A program made the translations under genes and the position numbers. A DNA stretch of 5,097 bases, from IMG/VR virus record IMGVR_UViG_3300028844_002921, one strand, 5' to 3'. Under the pieces are notes generated by a model. It saw only the letters and a program-made list of their open reading frames with translations. It searched no databases and was not told the DNA's origin. Below, piece by piece: positions 4,837 to 5,097 of this stretch (positions within the stretch are counted from its first letter, which is position 1; each line of letters opens with the position of its first letter). The stretch is from a virus.

Positions 4837-5063
4837 GTACAGAAACTGAAGAACTAATAAAGCGAACAGAAGTAAAAGATACGCCTTTCGTAGTAATAAG
4901 CTTAAACGAAAAAGAACACTTTGCGACACTGGGCGAATATAGAATAACAGAAAAGTACGAAAGCCAGGAAGAAGCAGAAAAAGAGTGCAAGGCAATAACA
5001 TGGAATAGAATTATTCAAATAGTAATGATATTAAACGAAAAACTAAAAACAGATAACAAATGA
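4833..5063 (+). CDS. Hypothetical acidic protein, 76 aa
   Basis: ATGA overlaps couple it at both ends, to the upstream ORF at 4833-4836 and to the VP1 start at 5060-5063 (equivalent to 107-110). Codon usage matches the other genes. I recognised no family motif. Confidence 0.6.
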   Translation: MSTETEELIKRTEVKDTPFVVISLNEKEHFATLGEYRITEKYESQEEAEKECKAITWNRIIQIVMILNEKLKTDNK

Positions 5064-5097
5064 AAGTAGCAATAGGAGGAAACCGACTAGGAAGCGG
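4954..5097. repeat. Terminal direct repeat, copy 2 (identical to 1-144)
   Basis: Base-for-base identity with 1-144. Confidence 0.95.
5060..5097 (+). CDS. VP1: Partial CDS: first 38 nt of the VP1 capsid gene re-read through the circular junction (duplicate of 107-144)
   Basis: Identical to 107-144 and encodes MKVAIGGNRLGS... Confidence 0.9.
   Translation, partial: MKVAIGGNRLGS

Noticed and set aside
58-4990. All twelve minus-strand ORFs in the track (58-282, 243-491, 594-923, 640-1170, 1317-1514, 2067-2519, 2078-2278, 2740-2997, 3473-3733, 3846-4106, 4166-4456, 4739-4990)
   Set aside because: Each lies antisense to a well-supported + strand gene. Each translates to low-complexity Leu/Phe/Ser/Val/Cys-rich sequence, as expected from the complement of an A-rich strand, where minus-strand stop codons need A and are therefore rare. 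None has a recognisable motif, and microviruses transcribe one strand only. The shared ...RGKFTLVIMP... ending of 2078-2278 and 3473-3733 is just the hairpin repeat read in reverse.
1-5097. tRNA, rRNA, other structured ncRNA genes, integrase/attP or a dif-like site
   Set aside because: No cloverleaf-capable or rRNA-like segments are evident. Non-coding DNA totals only 224 nt and the hairpins described account for it. There is no recombinase gene. A Xer/dif-type site cannot be excluded for the palindromic elements, but two direct copies make that unlikely.

Overview
This window is one complete circular ssDNA phage genome of the family Microviridae, read slightly more than once. Positions 1-144 are identical to 4954-5097, so the unit genome is 4953 nt. 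All six credible genes lie on the + strand and about 95% of the unit is coding. In order they are the major capsid protein VP1/F (107-2083), a 115-aa charged protein (2137-2484), the DNA pilot protein VP2/H-like (2559-3470), the rolling-circle replication initiator VP4/A-like (3523-4590), and two small ORFs of 66 and 76 aa (4636-4836, 4833-5063). The last two are chained to each other and to VP1 by ATGA stop/start overlaps. I recognised no spike (G), external scaffold (D), lysis (E) or J-like gene, so this is a gokusho-/alpa-like microvirus rather than a phiX-like one. Only 224 nt are non-coding, split over four intergenic gaps, and each gap holds a structured element. Two gaps carry a perfectly duplicated 31-nt palindromic hairpin, placed exactly 15 nt upstream of the ORF2 and Rep start codons. 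That hairpin also holds the only two GATC sites in the genome and is the most interesting unexplained signal here. A third gap has a textbook intrinsic terminator (2499-2539). The fourth has a weak hairpin plus T-run and a T-rich patch (4586-4635). The + strand is extremely A/purine-rich with A-ending codons. No gene has a Shine-Dalgarno sequence and every leader is A-rich, which suggests a Bacteroidota-type host. All minus-strand ORFs in the track look like compositional artefacts. Family assignments come from remembered motifs, not database searches.
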